Notes: generated from the letters alone by a model not told the origin. DNA of 64,000 bases from an uncultured Spirochaetota bacterium (GCA_963783575.1 CAWAOD010000009.1:288001-352000), one strand, 5' to 3'. Positions 38,950-50,605 are shown, numbered from the stretch's first letter. A program made the numbers and translations.

Positions 38950-40545
38950 ATGAAACAGGAAAGGCTGGGAATACTTATTTTTTTATTCATTCTATTTTTT
39001 ATCCTTCTTGAAGTCAGAATAGTCGCAATATCTTTATTCCCTGACCCAAGGCTGAAAAATATCGACGCAAAACAGGCAAAAAGGGGCACAATTTATGACA
39101 GGAATAAAAAAGAACTCGCAGTTTCTACTGCATTTTATTCATTTTATGCTCGTCCTGTCTTGTTAAATATTGATTCAAAAAACAATGTTTACGATTATCT
39201 AAGGCAGAACAGCACAATTTCAACAAACGACCTGGCAAATATTTATCAGGAAAAGAATTTTGTCTGGATAAGGAGAAAAGCCGGTTTACAGGAAATTACT
39301 CCTGTAAAAGATTTTATCGATTATCAAAAAAAGAATAATTTGCTTACAAAAGATGAGCTGGGCATTGTCCCGGAACAGGGCAGATATTATTCCATAACTG
39401 CCGCAGCGAATTGTATAGGTGTAGTTGGTATCGATAATAACGGGCTTTCCGGTTTGGAACATTCTCTCGATTCTTACCTTGACAAAGGATGCGATGTTTA
39501 CACTTCATTAGATTCAGATCTCTTAACAATAGTTTACGAAGAATTAAAAAGAGGTATACAAATAAGCCAGGCCGAAACTGGAAGCGCTGCCATTTTGGAT
39601 GTTGAAAACAGGGAAATATTAGCGCTTGTTAATTACCCGGGCTTTGATCCTAATGATTATAAAACAATAACCCCGGATAATTTAAAATCCGGGTTTTCAT
39701 CGGTTATTTTTGAGCCGGGTTCCGTTATGAAGCAGTTCAGCGCTGCATTTGCCCTTGAAAAAGGATACGCTACACCGGATAAACCTGTTTTTCAATGCAC
39801 TGGTAATGCCGCTATAAAGGATCAGGAATTTAATTGTCCCGTCGCGCATGGAAGCGTTGATCTTACAAAAATAATACAAAAATCGTGCAATATAGGTATG
39901 ATACAATTGGCTGACCGTTTTAACAGGGAAGACTTTTACAATTTTTTGAGGGGTTTCGGATTCGGCGAGGCTATCGATCTTCCATTAAACGATATTGAAC
40001 CTGGAATTTTGAGACCTGTTTCAAAATGGTCTTTTATATCCAAGTATTGGATTTCAATAGGTCAGGAAATAGGAGTCACAACCGTGCAGTTGCTCACTGC
40101 TTCCAGCGTCATCGCCGGCAATGGTATTTATAAGACACCGCTATTGGTTAAAGCGATTTTGGACGATAAACAAAATAATATCTACAAGCCTGATTTAAAT
40201 GAAAGAACATTAATTTCTCCGGGTACTTCAATTTCCTTGTTAAAGATGATGGAAACTGTTGTAAGCGAAAATGGGACAGCTATTGCCGCTAAAATCGAGG
40301 GAATGCCTATAGCCGGGAAAACGGGAACAGGTCAGATCGCAAAGGAGGGCGGCGGCGGATATTATAAAGACCTTTTCAATTCGGTCTTTATCGGTTATGT
40401 CCCCGCTAATAAACCAAAATTTACTGTAGTGGTTGTAATTAATAAACCGAAAGGAGAAAAACATACCGGAGGCCAGATAGCTGCGCCTGTTTTTGCCGAT
40501 ATCATAAGAAGAATGCTTTCTTCGACATCATATTTTTCCAATTAA
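38950..40545 (+). CDS. Class B penicillin-binding transpeptidase (FtsI-like)
   Basis: RGTIYDRN, EPGSVMK (SxxK), SCN and GKTGT motifs. Confidence 0.9.
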   Translation: MKQERLGILIFLFILFFILLEVRIVAISLFPDPRLKNIDAKQAKRGTIYDRNKKELAVSTAFYSFYARPVLLNIDSKNNVYDYLRQNSTISTNDLANIYQEKNFVWIRRKAGLQEITPVKDFIDYQKKNNLLTKDELGIVPEQGRYYSITAAANCIGVVGIDNNGLSGLEHSLDSYLDKGCDVYTSLDSDLLTIVYEELKRGIQISQAETGSAAILDVENREILALVNYPGFDPNDYKTITPDNLKSGFSSVIFEPGSVMKQFSAAFALEKGYATPDKPVFQCTGNAAIKDQEFNCPVAHGSVDLTKIIQKSCNIGMIQLADRFNREDFYNFLRGFGFGEAIDLPLNDIEPGILRPVSKWSFISKYWISIGQEIGVTTVQLLTASSVIAGNGIYKTPLLVKAILDDKQNNIYKPDLNERTLISPGTSISLLKMMETVVSENGTAIAAKIEGMPIAGKTGTGQIAKEGGGGYYKDLFNSVFIGYVPANKPKFTVVVVINKPKGEKHTGGQIAAPVFADIIRRMLSSTSYFSN

Positions 40546-40570
40546 AAAACATCCTGGAGTAATTAAAAAA

Positions 40571-42401
40571 ATGGATGAAGTAAGTATAGAAGGATTTATC
40601 AGTAACGATGGAAATCCCAATGCAAGAATATTGAGGAATGGGAAATCAATAACCCTTCATTCGATTTCTCCATATAAAGAAGCAGAAAAAATAGCATCTA
40701 AATTCAACCCATCGATTAAATGGCTTATGATTGCAGGATTCGGCCTTGGTTATATCGTAGAGTATATTTTAAAAAATACGGATTACTCAGTTATCGTCTT
40801 TGAACATTTTGATGAAATCCTTGAATTCGCAAAAAAAAACAGGGATATAAATTCTATTCTGACTAACAGGCGGATTCATTTTATAAAAAATTCACCTTCA
40901 AATCTGATCGATTTCCTTGTTGTAAACTCTATCAAGGAATTAAATTTTTATATTCATCGCCCATATTTTACGATTTTCCCGGAAATATACTCAACACTGG
41001 AAGGCATTTTAATTTCATATCTTTCAAAATCCCAGATAAACAAAGCGACTTTAAAAAGATTTCAAAAAGTATGGCTTAAGAATATCATAAAAAATTCATA
41101 TTTTTATTTTACCATTCCGGGAATAAAACAAATCCGGCATAATTATAAGGGAAAACCTGCAGTAATAGTTGGGGCCGGTCCTTCCCTTGAAAAAAACTTA
41201 AGCAAATTAAAAGATGCAGAGGACCGTGTTATAATAATATCAACCGATACAGCCTTGTCAATACTTCAAGAAAATAATATTCATGCAGATTTTGTTGTCA
41301 GTGTGGATCCTCAGGATAAGAACACTCTTTACCTTCTTTACTCAAAATTTAAAGACAGTACTTTAGTGATCGATTCGGCGGCTTCTTTTTTAAGCATATT
41401 GAAATATAATCCCGACAAAACAATTCTATTTGATACTCCTTTCCCGCTATACAACGATATGGCCGGTTTCTGGGGAGAGAAAGGCAGCCTTATTTCAGGT
41501 GGTTCAGTTTCTACAACGGCTTTTGACCTTGCAAGGTTTTTCGAATGTGACCCGATTATTTTTATTGGTCAGGATCTGGCTTTTACCCAAAAACAAACCC
41601 ATTCAAAGGGCAGCATTTTAGAGGATTTCCTTTATTTTAAAATTAACCGTTTTCAAACATTTGACAATTATAATACCAGAATGTTGAATTTTTCTGATAA
41701 GATTGAAGTTAATGCCTGGATTTCGGGAAAAGATCCGACAAAAAGCATGAAAGTATTTACGGATAGAAAATTCATCACATTTATTGAATGGTTTAAGAGG
41801 GAATTCCAATTTACAAAAGCCAGAGTAATTAATTCAACCGAAGGAGGCGCATTTCTTGAAGGGGCAGATCATCTTACTTTTGAAGAAGCGATTCAAAGGT
41901 ACCTGAAAGAACCATTGATAGGCAAGACCTATGAATTAATAAACAATGAAAATATTTCAATGAAATATAATAAAATTTTAAATTTTATAAAATTTACAGA
42001 CAATATTTTAACAGAGATCAACAGGTTAATACCATATGCACAAAAGGCATACTCGGCATCAAAAGAAGCTGCGATTTTTTATGAAAATCAGAATTCGAAA
42101 ATGAATAAGAACAATAATTATATGGACCGTTTTTTTAAAACAATGAATGAATTTGATCAAGAATTACTTGGTTCCATCCGAATAAAAAATCAGATTGCAC
42201 GTTTTATAGAATTAACCATGCAGGCTGATTGAAAGAATTCTGGATACTGACATCTGCCATGAAATATCATTAGAACTTCTAAAAAAATGGAAGGATTTTT
42301 ATTTTGAAGCTTATGAGGGTTTAATAAATATAAAAAGACTTTTAAATAATAAAATACTGCTGAAAAAAGCATTATATGAAATAACTGATCATTCTAAATA
42401 A
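40571..42401 (+). CDS. Maf/DUF115 (motility-associated factor-like) protein; ORF stops at 42232 but continues after a frameshift to 42401
   Basis: HS..P.KEA, IVGAGPSL, VSVDP, GGSVST, IGQDLAF and INSTEGGA motifs; the shifted frame reads IERILDTD...DHSK*. Confidence 0.8.
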
Positions 42402-42426
42402 TCTTTAATTAGATATAAAAAACAAC

Positions 42427-42460
42427 GAAGGGGAAAGGTTAAACCTTACCCCTTCTTTTT
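42427..42460. terminator. Intrinsic terminator between convergent DUF115 and flaA genes
   Basis: GAAGGGGAAAGGTT-A-AACCTTACCCCTTC hairpin followed by a T run. Confidence 0.7.
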
Positions 42461-42532
42461 ATATTTTGATTTCTCGCTGTATTTAAACAATACAAGCCGT
42501 ATTGTACTACTTTTTCAAAACCAGAATATTTA

Positions 42533-43525
42533 CTATTTTGGAGTAGTAGTACTCTGCTGACTTGTCTGCGCTTTCTGTTTGGATTCTTCCTGCTGCATTA
42601 AATAAATCTTTTCACCGATAGTTTTTATATCTTCCATCCTCTTTTGAAGTCTTTCCTTTGCAAGAATTGACCAAACGCCTTCATCATCGATATCAAGTTC
42701 TTCTCTAATAATAGCCCTGTCGAATTCCACTTCAATATCTTTGAAATAAATAACAAAATTACCGCCATTTTCAACTTCGGGCTTATATATAATATAAGAA
42801 TCAAAAGTAATATAAGGATAGCTTTTCGGATAGAGGGGAAGTCTCTGGAGAACTCTATCCTGTATGCTGTCGGTATATTCAGGATTGGACCATACCAGCT
42901 TTCTCCAACCATCATAATAAACTGATCCCATAAAGTAATCCTGGATTAAATCGTTTCTGTCTTTTAATCTTATAGCTACCTGCATCTGATAATTCAATCC
43001 ATAAACCCAGGAGGAAATTGATTTAATCTGGCCGACATTCATCAAAATTCCCATTACGAGGCTGTTTTCTTCACCGGAATCATTTACATTAACATCTTTA
43101 CCGTTATCGTAATAGGGAAAGAAATCAAAAGGCGGTCTAACCATAGCCCAGGATAAAAATCTTCCCTGGATAAAATGAATGCGTGAGCCCAATACATCAT
43201 TAAACCTTTTACTTTGTGCTTTTTTTGAGTATGATTTAACCTTGTTTTCCACCGTATTTGCTGATGAAGTAAGCATAATTCTCCACTTATCAAGCTGCCA
43301 GTCAGCTGCGGTGAACTCAACTTTCGGATAACCATACTGGGTTAAATCTTCACTTTCATTGGAAGCTATCGCATCCTGATGGATTTTTTTATCCTTCTCA
43401 ACAACTATACTCATATTCGGTTCAAAAGTAGGAAAATCAATCAGAGTCTTCTTTACAGCCGAGAAAGACACGGAACTAATTAATAACAGAGATCCGATCA
43501 ATGCCAACAATACTCCTTTCTTCAT
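42533..43525 (-). CDS. flaA: Flagellar filament outer-layer (sheath) protein
   Basis: Signal peptide; LIDF, LG.RIHF, G...NVG.IKSI..WVYG.N, GWR.L.W.NP.Y, PLYP and IDDE..W motifs. Confidence 0.88.
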   Translation of the reverse strand: MKKGVLLALIGSLLLISSVSFSAVKKTLIDFPTFEPNMSIVVEKDKKIHQDAIASNESEDLTQYGYPKVEFTAADWQLDKWRIMLTSSANTVENKVKSYSKKAQSKRFNDVLGSRIHFIQGRFLSWAMVRPPFDFFPYYDNGKDVNVNDSGEENSLVMGILMNVGQIKSISSWVYGLNYQMQVAIRLKDRNDLIQDYFMGSVYYDGWRKLVWSNPEYTDSIQDRVLQRLPLYPKSYPYITFDSYIIYKPEVENGGNFVIYFKDIEVEFDRAIIREELDIDDEGVWSILAKERLQKRMEDIKTIGEKIYLMQQEESKQKAQTSQQSTTTPK

Positions 43526-43562
43526 ATATAAACTCCTTTAAAAAGATTTAAAACTGAGATTT

Positions 43563-43590
43563 ATTGTAAGTCACTTAATAAATTTGTCAA
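43563..43590 (-). promoter_or_regulatory. Sigma70-type promoter of flaA
   Basis: Minus-strand TTGACA-16 bp-TACAAT. Confidence 0.55.
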
Positions 43591-44046
43591 TATTTTTTTG
43601 AAATTATTCTAAAATAATTATTAATCCATCCGATAATTATAATAAGTAAAACTTTTGAATTGACAAAGGAATCCACATTATCATCGGAAAAGACGGATTG
43701 GAAGTTTAATATCCACTAAAAAATACTATTTTAATGGTCCCCTGCTTTGAAAAGTCATCCTGAAAACATCGAAAAATCTTCAATGTTTAAATTCTTCATC
43801 CAATTTGTATTGTAAGACTGTTTTACAAATTTGTCCAGTAAATCAATAAAATTATTTAATGTTTAAAGTTTGTTTTAAGTACATTAAAAGGATATTTTGC
43901 CGCAAAACCCCTGCAATGGGGCTTTATGCATCAGTCACGGCGTCCCTGCCGTGAAATGACTTTAACAATATGTTTTTATTTCACAGGAATATGACTGATA
44001 GAAAACCTTTACAGAAAACGTACCAAGCAACCCTGGGCGCAAGGAT

Positions 44047-45896
44047 GATTTTGCTGAAAAATAATGTAAAAAAACAACCGTCTTTTCCAAATTTTAAATA
44101 TTTTTTAATTTTTACCTAAGACACAGATCAATTTTGCCTTACGTCATTATTTACCTCTTTTTTCCCGGATTCTTTGAGCATTATACCCTCTATGTTACTC
44201 TATTAAGCCAATATTCCTTCAGATATTGGCAACTTTTGTTGTAATGACAATATTTTCTTAATATATCTTTTGAAGTTCACCGCTGCCCCTGTCATTAAAT
44301 ACTGGAATTGTCTGCCTTCTGTTCCTTTATATTTTATTTTCCTGAGTCCATGAAATCTTACCGATTCGCTGATTGTGCCTTCTACCTGCGCCCTTACACT
44401 CATTTCGCTTTTAAATTTAGCGGTTTTTTGTTCTTCCCTCCGTTTTCTCAAATGATCGTAATCCATCCCGACTCTTATTATGCGCATCTTTTCCCTTCCG
44501 GCTACACAATCTTTGAAGAAGGCGCAGGCCATACATTCATTCTTTGGAAATATTATACAATAAGCATTATCACCATTTTTTTTATGTCTTTCACTTCTAA
44601 CGCCCTTCGGACAGGTAGCTGTCAGGTTTTTCATATCAATCTTGAAATTTTCTAATTTAAAATTCTTTGGCTTTAATGAAGTGTCTTTCTGTACATAACC
44701 CATCAGATTTTCTCCACGTTCTTCGAATTCCCTTATTGCCGTTCCGCTTAAATAATTTGTATCTGCATATGTCTTATCAGGCTTCAAGCCCCTTTCATCA
44801 TTCATCTCTTTGAGCTTAGGAAGAATTTTATTATCATTCTCATTCGCAGGCTGTTGTATCATACCGACTATAAAATTGATTTCCCCTTTCTCCGCGGTTT
44901 CAACAACATGGCACTTTTCTCCTACCCAACTTGTTTTACCCTTTTTGCCCAGTTTCAATGTCGGATCGTCAGGCGTGAAAATCGTTTGCTTCGGGGTTAC
45001 TATTTCTTCCACTTCAATGAATTCTTTATTCCCCACTTCCTTTGTCCGGATGATCACATTCTCAGAAAAAATAGTTTCCATAATCTCTAATTGCCTCAAT
45101 TCTTTAAGGCTTTCTGCCGGATTATCCATAATGCCCCTCTTAATCCTGAAACCGTCTTCAACAATCTCTGCCTGCCTGTCTCCCCGTTTTTCTTTTGATA
45201 ATCCGAAGGAACTGAAATCTTTACTGTAACGTTCCTGTATATCATCCGGAATCATCTTGTTATAATATTCAGGGTCAATTTTTCCTATCTCTATAACAAC
45301 CCATTTTACTGCCCGAAACAGAAGATCAGTAGTGGATATTCTGTTTAAATGCTTTACAACATGAGTCGCATCAATCCTTTGCTTGGCATGGTCTCTAATG
45401 AAACCCTTTTTCTTGATTTGATTTAATAGAGTGTCAAATATGATGCACATTTTATCGTTTTCTATAAGTCTTTTCCTGAATACGCAAAGTGTGCTGGCTT
45501 CAAAGATATCCTTAGCGGCAACTTCAAGATGCAGGCCAATTTTCCAGTCAAGTCTTGTGTTAACGGCTTTTACCGTTTCATCGTCGGACAGTGATTCTTT
45601 CCATTGAAGTAATGTTACCATAGCAAGGAATGAAGGTGATCTGCAATTTCTTCCAACGTCTGAATAACAATCTTTAAAAGGCTCGTTATTAAATATTGGG
45701 AAAAGCTCTTTACTGAACACTTGCATTGGATCGGAAGGCTTCAGGAAATCTTTCATCACTATATGTGCCGAATAGAGACTTTCTTCTTTTTCTTTTGGTA
45801 AAGACATATAAGTCCTCATTTGTAAATTATTATTAATATTATAACACGTATCTATATAAATAGCGATGATTGCCCTCTACATTTTTCAGCAAAATC
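44047..45896 (-). mobile_element. IS1182-family insertion sequence with 6-bp target duplication
   Basis: Perfect 16-bp IRs GATTTTGCTGAAAAAT; AAGGAT at both 44041-44046 and 45897-45902. Confidence 0.92.
44203..45819 (-). CDS. IS1182-family DDE transposase
   Basis: LLQ..E.LSD, STLC.FR.RL, QRIDATH, YADTNY, Cys cluster and RAQVEGTISE motifs. Confidence 0.9.
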   Translation of the reverse strand: MRTYMSLPKEKEESLYSAHIVMKDFLKPSDPMQVFSKELFPIFNNEPFKDCYSDVGRNCRSPSFLAMVTLLQWKESLSDDETVKAVNTRLDWKIGLHLEVAAKDIFEASTLCVFRKRLIENDKMCIIFDTLLNQIKKKGFIRDHAKQRIDATHVVKHLNRISTTDLLFRAVKWVVIEIGKIDPEYYNKMIPDDIQERYSKDFSSFGLSKEKRGDRQAEIVEDGFRIKRGIMDNPAESLKELRQLEIMETIFSENVIIRTKEVGNKEFIEVEEIVTPKQTIFTPDDPTLKLGKKGKTSWVGEKCHVVETAEKGEINFIVGMIQQPANENDNKILPKLKEMNDERGLKPDKTYADTNYLSGTAIREFEERGENLMGYVQKDTSLKPKNFKLENFKIDMKNLTATCPKGVRSERHKKNGDNAYCIIFPKNECMACAFFKDCVAGREKMRIIRVGMDYDHLRKRREEQKTAKFKSEMSVRAQVEGTISESVRFHGLRKIKYKGTEGRQFQYLMTGAAVNFKRYIKKILSLQQKLPISEGILA

Positions 45897-46009
45897 AAGG
45901 ATGCGCCTTGAGAGCTTTTCTTTAAACATTCAGGCAGCAGAACGGTTTGCCTGCCAATACGCCTTGGAAGTTCTGCTATAGGCACGATGCTGTACAGCAT
46001 AAATGCTGT

Positions 46010-48386
46010 CTACCATTTCATCCAGAAACCGACTATAGGCGTAAATCCAAGTAACTCTTTAACTTCTGTTTTTTTTGTGAAATCGAAATTATAATCATAT
46101 CGAATAACCGCCTGATAATTATATATATTATCCAATTGATAATAAAATCCGTAAGGAATACCATTAACTGTTTCATTGTTCCATTCAAGCTTAAAGCTTA
46201 GTTTATGCTTATCTGGGAGTTTCGTGGAATGAAAGGTCCCATAAATTGGCGTATACACGATATTTGTAACTCCTTGCTGATTGACTGCTGTATGCGGTTC
46301 GCCTCCAATAACCGGGGTATAATAATCCCCGGAAACAAGATTAAATTCCCCCGTTACAACAAACTTTTTATTAATCTCATATATAACTGTCAGATTAATT
46401 TTATAATCCATAGAATTTCCTTCATACCATTGCTTAACTGGTATGGTTCCATAAAAGTGATAATTAATAAGATCGGCATCGCTGAATCCATAGTGAGACC
46501 TTCCTGTGTCGAAGAATCCTCCGGTAAAGCTTGAATTTTCATTTATTCCTTCAGTACGGAAAATTTCTCTCTTAAATGAAGAAAAAGAGAGCCAGCCATA
46601 AAAAGGAAAATTGTCCGGCTGTTTTTTCAGCATTATATCAAAGCCATATACTCTTGCAAATGATATACCTGTATGGTAAAGATCGTCTTCTCCCTTCACC
46701 GGGACATTATCATAATATTTGCAATATACATCCGAATCCAGGGAATAACTCTCAAAAAACTTTATTCTGCCGCCTAAATCTGACATCCAGCATTCAGATA
46801 GGTCTATTTGTTTTATTTGATTGGAATATGAATAGAGTAAAAATGGATCGGTAAAAAACTCAGTCATCTTCCCAATGGAAGCTGAAAGAGTTAAGAAATT
46901 AAAATCATACTTTCCTGTGAGCCTAGGATCAACATTTGCTTTATTTAAAAAATCACAATAAGTTATCCTTCCCCCGGCAAGTATTGACATTGATTTTAAA
47001 GGCGACATTTCAGTTTCAGCGAACATTGAATAAATTCCAAGATTTGTTTTTGATTCAACAGAACCGGATACAATTTTAATAGTGCCTTCATCAATATTTG
47101 TGGTAGAACTGTTTTCAATGGAATTACTATAAAAAGCCCGCGGATAATAAAAAATGTCAAAACCTGTCCGACATCCCAATTTATCTGAGAAATTCATACT
47201 TAAAAGATTTTTATATGAAATAACATCAATTTTATTCACATCCACATAATTGATTGGTGTTTCTTTATCATCAATAGAAAAAGACCTCGAATAACTTGAC
47301 CATTGTATCCTCTGATCAAGGTTGAGAAAACCTGAAAATGAATGATCCCACCGAAAGCCCAATGAGTAATATCCGTCGGAAGTTTCTGAAAGGTAGGTAT
47401 TCGAATAAAAGATTGACATAGGTTCGTATGAGTAAAGCCAGATAAAGTCAAATTTGTTTTCCGGAACCTCATAGGATATTATGCCCTGAAAATCATAATA
47501 AGAAAAATTCGTATCCCCGGAAGGATGGAAATTCCCGGTATAAATACTGTTGATAAGCTGTATAAAATCATAATTCATTCTTCTCAACCCGGCCGACCAA
47601 TTCAGTTTACCGTCAAGAAGAGAACCGTTCAATGACAGTGAAGCATTGAGGGCACCAATATCCAACCTTCCATGAAAAGGCGGCATTGCTTCCGCCGGAT
47701 CAATATCAAGAACGGAAGATAAAGCCTGACCGTGTTGTAAAGGTAAAACTCCCTTATACAGGGTCATATCTCCAACCAGGTCACTCAAAAATATCGAATC
47801 GCCGAACATATTATGAAACGGCCTGACAACATAAAATCCATCAAAAAGAACAAGATTCTCCGAGTCGCCTCCCCCTCTTACGGAAAGTCTGTCACTAAGA
47901 CCGCTTGACATCAAATCACCCGATTCAACACCAGGTATCTTATCAAGGACCTGTGTCGGGTATCCTGAACAGGGTTGTCATTGCCCTCTGCCTATCCTTC
48001 TTTATAAATGTATATTTAGAGCCAACCGCTTTTTCTTTTTCTCCCACGACTTCATAAAATCCAAGATTATAAACTTTAGGTTTGAGATATATTCTGCAGG
48101 AAAAATTCTTATCAAGATTTACTTCAAGTTTTTCATCATAATATCCCGGCGCTTTTGCAATAATGGAATATTTTCCGCCGTCGATATCATCAAAAAGTAT
48201 AATGCCTTTATCATCGCTTTGTCCGCTGATAAATACGCTAGTATTTGATTGAACCGATACAAAAATACCCTCAAGAAGCTCATTATTTTCGATGTGATAT
48301 ATTGTGCATTTAATTCGAAATGCAAAATTAAAATCTGATAAAAGTATGAGTAAAAAACAAAATATTATTAGTTTTCCTATATTCAT
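46010..48386 (-). CDS. TonB-dependent receptor-like outer membrane protein, split by a frameshift near 47960 (ORFs 47943-48386 and 46010-47914)
   Basis: N-terminal carboxypeptidase-regulatory-like domain; the shifted frame reads PTQVLDKIPGV...LSVRGG...NLVLFDG...PFH; barrel with DPRL and terminal W. Confidence 0.8.
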
Positions 48387-48403
48387 ACAGTTATTTTATA
48401 GTA

Positions 48404-49279
48404 TTAATCTTTATTAAGAGTCTTATTCTCGCAAATCAATATCAAGCCTATCAAGACACCAAAAATACTGTTGGATAAAAATACTTCAATAAAATGCGCA
48501 AGCCTTACTAATGGAGGCATAACTGGATTTGGTAAAATGAGTTGGATTATTGGCACTATGGATATTAGCAGAACCAATATAATAATTTTTTCTGTCTTAT
48601 TCCCCTTTGTCATTTTTATCACTGGCAGTGAGATAAGAACCCAGAAAAAGCCCCTGATAATCTGGATCAAAATTAAAAACAACTGATTTGATGAAGACGC
48701 CCATGTAGAATAAAATGCTTTAACTTCAGGGAAAGACATTGGGAATAATCCGAATAAAAAGTATAATATGCAATAAAAGACTGACAATACGGGTATTTTC
48801 CAGGTTAGTGATTTTGAATCAATAATTTCTCCTTTATCGACTGATAAAGATAAATTTTTCATTTTTCCGGTCATTAAAACCGCTAATGGGACAAAAATAA
48901 TAGTTGAGAAGAGACCTCTTATGAATATTAACATAAGTTCATGGAAGGATATAAGAGGAAACGCCTTAATAAATATAAATGTCTCAATCTGAGTCATAAA
49001 AGTTTGAAATCCCCAGATTATAATTATCATTGAAATTATCAATTTCAAACCATGCCACCTGGATCGGTTTATTGCATATATCAAAATCGTAGAATTTATA
49101 AAAATGCAAAGAAACAGTAAATATCCTGTACTCCCGGATTCGGAAGCCGGAATAGCATTTGCAATTTCCTTTGAAACGGGAAAGATAAAAGAAGAAGCAA
49201 TGAAAACAACCGCATAAATAAGCATTAAAATTAAGTATTTCATTATTGCCAATATCCTGGATTTTATATTCATATTCAC
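48404..49279 (-). CDS. Multi-pass membrane hypothetical protein
   Basis: About 8 TM segments; PNP.MP..VRLAH..E...SN motif. Confidence 0.6.
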   Translation of the reverse strand: MNMNIKSRILAIMKYLILMLIYAVVFIASSFIFPVSKEIANAIPASESGSTGYLLFLCIFINSTILIYAINRSRWHGLKLIISMIIIIWGFQTFMTQIETFIFIKAFPLISFHELMLIFIRGLFSTIIFVPLAVLMTGKMKNLSLSVDKGEIIDSKSLTWKIPVLSVFYCILYFLFGLFPMSFPEVKAFYSTWASSSNQLFLILIQIIRGFFWVLISLPVIKMTKGNKTEKIIILVLLISIVPIIQLILPNPVMPPLVRLAHFIEVFLSNSIFGVLIGLILICENKTLNKD

Positions 49280-49385
49280 CTCTTTAATAAATATATAATA
49301 TTATTTCATTGATAATGTAATTATAATATAAATAATATTATATTTCAAGTGAATATAATATTATTTATTAGAAAAAGATTCCCGA

Positions 49386-50063
49386 TTATTTACAATACAA
49401 TTGAATTTTTTCTATGAGTTTTGAGAAAAATTCTTCAAGATTCGGTTCGCCGATTTTTTTATGAAAGGATTTTGTCATCCGGCCGATTACTTTATCCGGT
49501 TTGATCAACAATGATAAACCCAATATTCCCGTTACGAAACGTGTGTGGAATGCAATATTTATTATAACGGGCTTGCCGCTGAATTTTCCCTTATTCTTTA
49601 TACTGCCGGAAGTTTCTTCAATTACAGCAGAGAGCCAGCTGCTGTGTAGATAAGGATAACGATAGACATCAACAAAGAAAAATATTAAAAATATCCATCC
49701 GATTATCGTTAAAAATATGCCAATTACCGGATTCAGGACAAATGTTAATAAGAAAAGTATAATAGCTATACTAAAAGTCAGGGATTGGTAAATTGATTCC
49801 CTTCCTTTAATAATGTTGAGCCATTTAAGGCCGAGATACGGTAAAAGGACTATTAATGTTATAAGTATGAAATAAATCGGATTAACGGGAATTTTAATAA
49901 ACCATTTCAAATAACTCGCAATTATAATAGGCAGACCAATGGACAATCCATATAATATATCTTTAACCATACTCCGGAAACGGAATTTCCCGCGGCTGAA
50001 TATTAAATATATTATTAAAATCAAAACAATAAAGCATGAAATAAAAACAATCATGAATATCAT
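49386..50063 (-). CDS. Membrane hypothetical protein
   Basis: About 5 TM segments, co-oriented with the adjacent regulator. Confidence 0.5.
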   Translation of the reverse strand: MIFMIVFISCFIVLILIIYLIFSRGKFRFRSMVKDILYGLSIGLPIIIASYLKWFIKIPVNPIYFILITLIVLLPYLGLKWLNIIKGRESIYQSLTFSIAIILFLLTFVLNPVIGIFLTIIGWIFLIFFFVDVYRYPYLHSSWLSAVIEETSGSIKNKGKFSGKPVIINIAFHTRFVTGILGLSLLIKPDKVIGRMTKSFHKKIGEPNLEEFFSKLIEKIQLYCK

Positions 50064-50065
50064 TT

Positions 50066-50605
50066 TTAGACCTTTACCTCTTCTATAATATTCAATCCGA
50101 TCATATCCTGAACAAAGCGGATTGCATCCGTAACCGGCATGCCGGACCTCCGTGCAAGATTTTCAACGGTTTCACCTGCTGAATCAGGCGGAGGTAAAAG
50201 CCAGAGAAATTTCCCGTTTTTATCGTTAAGCCTGATTTTTTCACCTGTTTTACCGCCGATTAATATAACATTGACTATTTCTTTATCCACATCATAACTG
50301 AAGGAAACTTTCGGGTTACCTGTTTCCCTGATTTTTTTAACTCTTAAAAGGTAAAGTGTGAGCAATTCATCCAGATTGATTGACAGCTTTCCCCCGATAT
50401 ATGTATAGATTCTTGAAGGACGCCCTATGCCCTTTTTTTCCATACCGCTAACAAAATCATATTTCTCAAGCATATCAAGAATCCTCTGGATTGTAAAAAT
50501 ATGTATTCCCAGTTTCCCTGCCAGAAAAGAAGCGTTTGAACCGGGATTATTTTTGAGGTATTCCAGTACATCTAAAAAATATTCCGAAGATAAAATCTTT
50601 ATCAA
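50066..50605 (-). CDS. Winged-HTH transcriptional regulator
   Basis: NPG.NAS.LA..L.IH..T.Q..L..L and GRP.R.Y motifs. Confidence 0.7.
   Translation of the reverse strand: MIKILSSEYFLDVLEYLKNNPGSNASFLAGKLGIHIFTIQRILDMLEKYDFVSGMEKKGIGRPSRIYTYIGGKLSINLDELLTLYLLRVKKIRETGNPKVSFSYDVDKEIVNVILIGGKTGEKIRLNDKNGKFLWLLPPPDSAGETVENLARRSGMPVTDAIRFVQDMIGLNIIEEVKV

Larger units (their letters stand above)
44023..46009 (+). repeat. Repeat family A copy (44023-44046 plus 45897-46009) interrupted by an IS
   Basis: Reconstructed empty site: CCAAGCAACCCTG-GGCGCA-AGGA-TGCGCC-TTGA, 24-nt linker, AGCAGAAC...GTTCTGCT. Confidence 0.75.

Noticed and set aside
3375..45896. Composite transposon bounded by the two IS1182 elements
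   Set aside because: Different IRs and transposases; the second IS has its own target duplication; the interval includes core genes.
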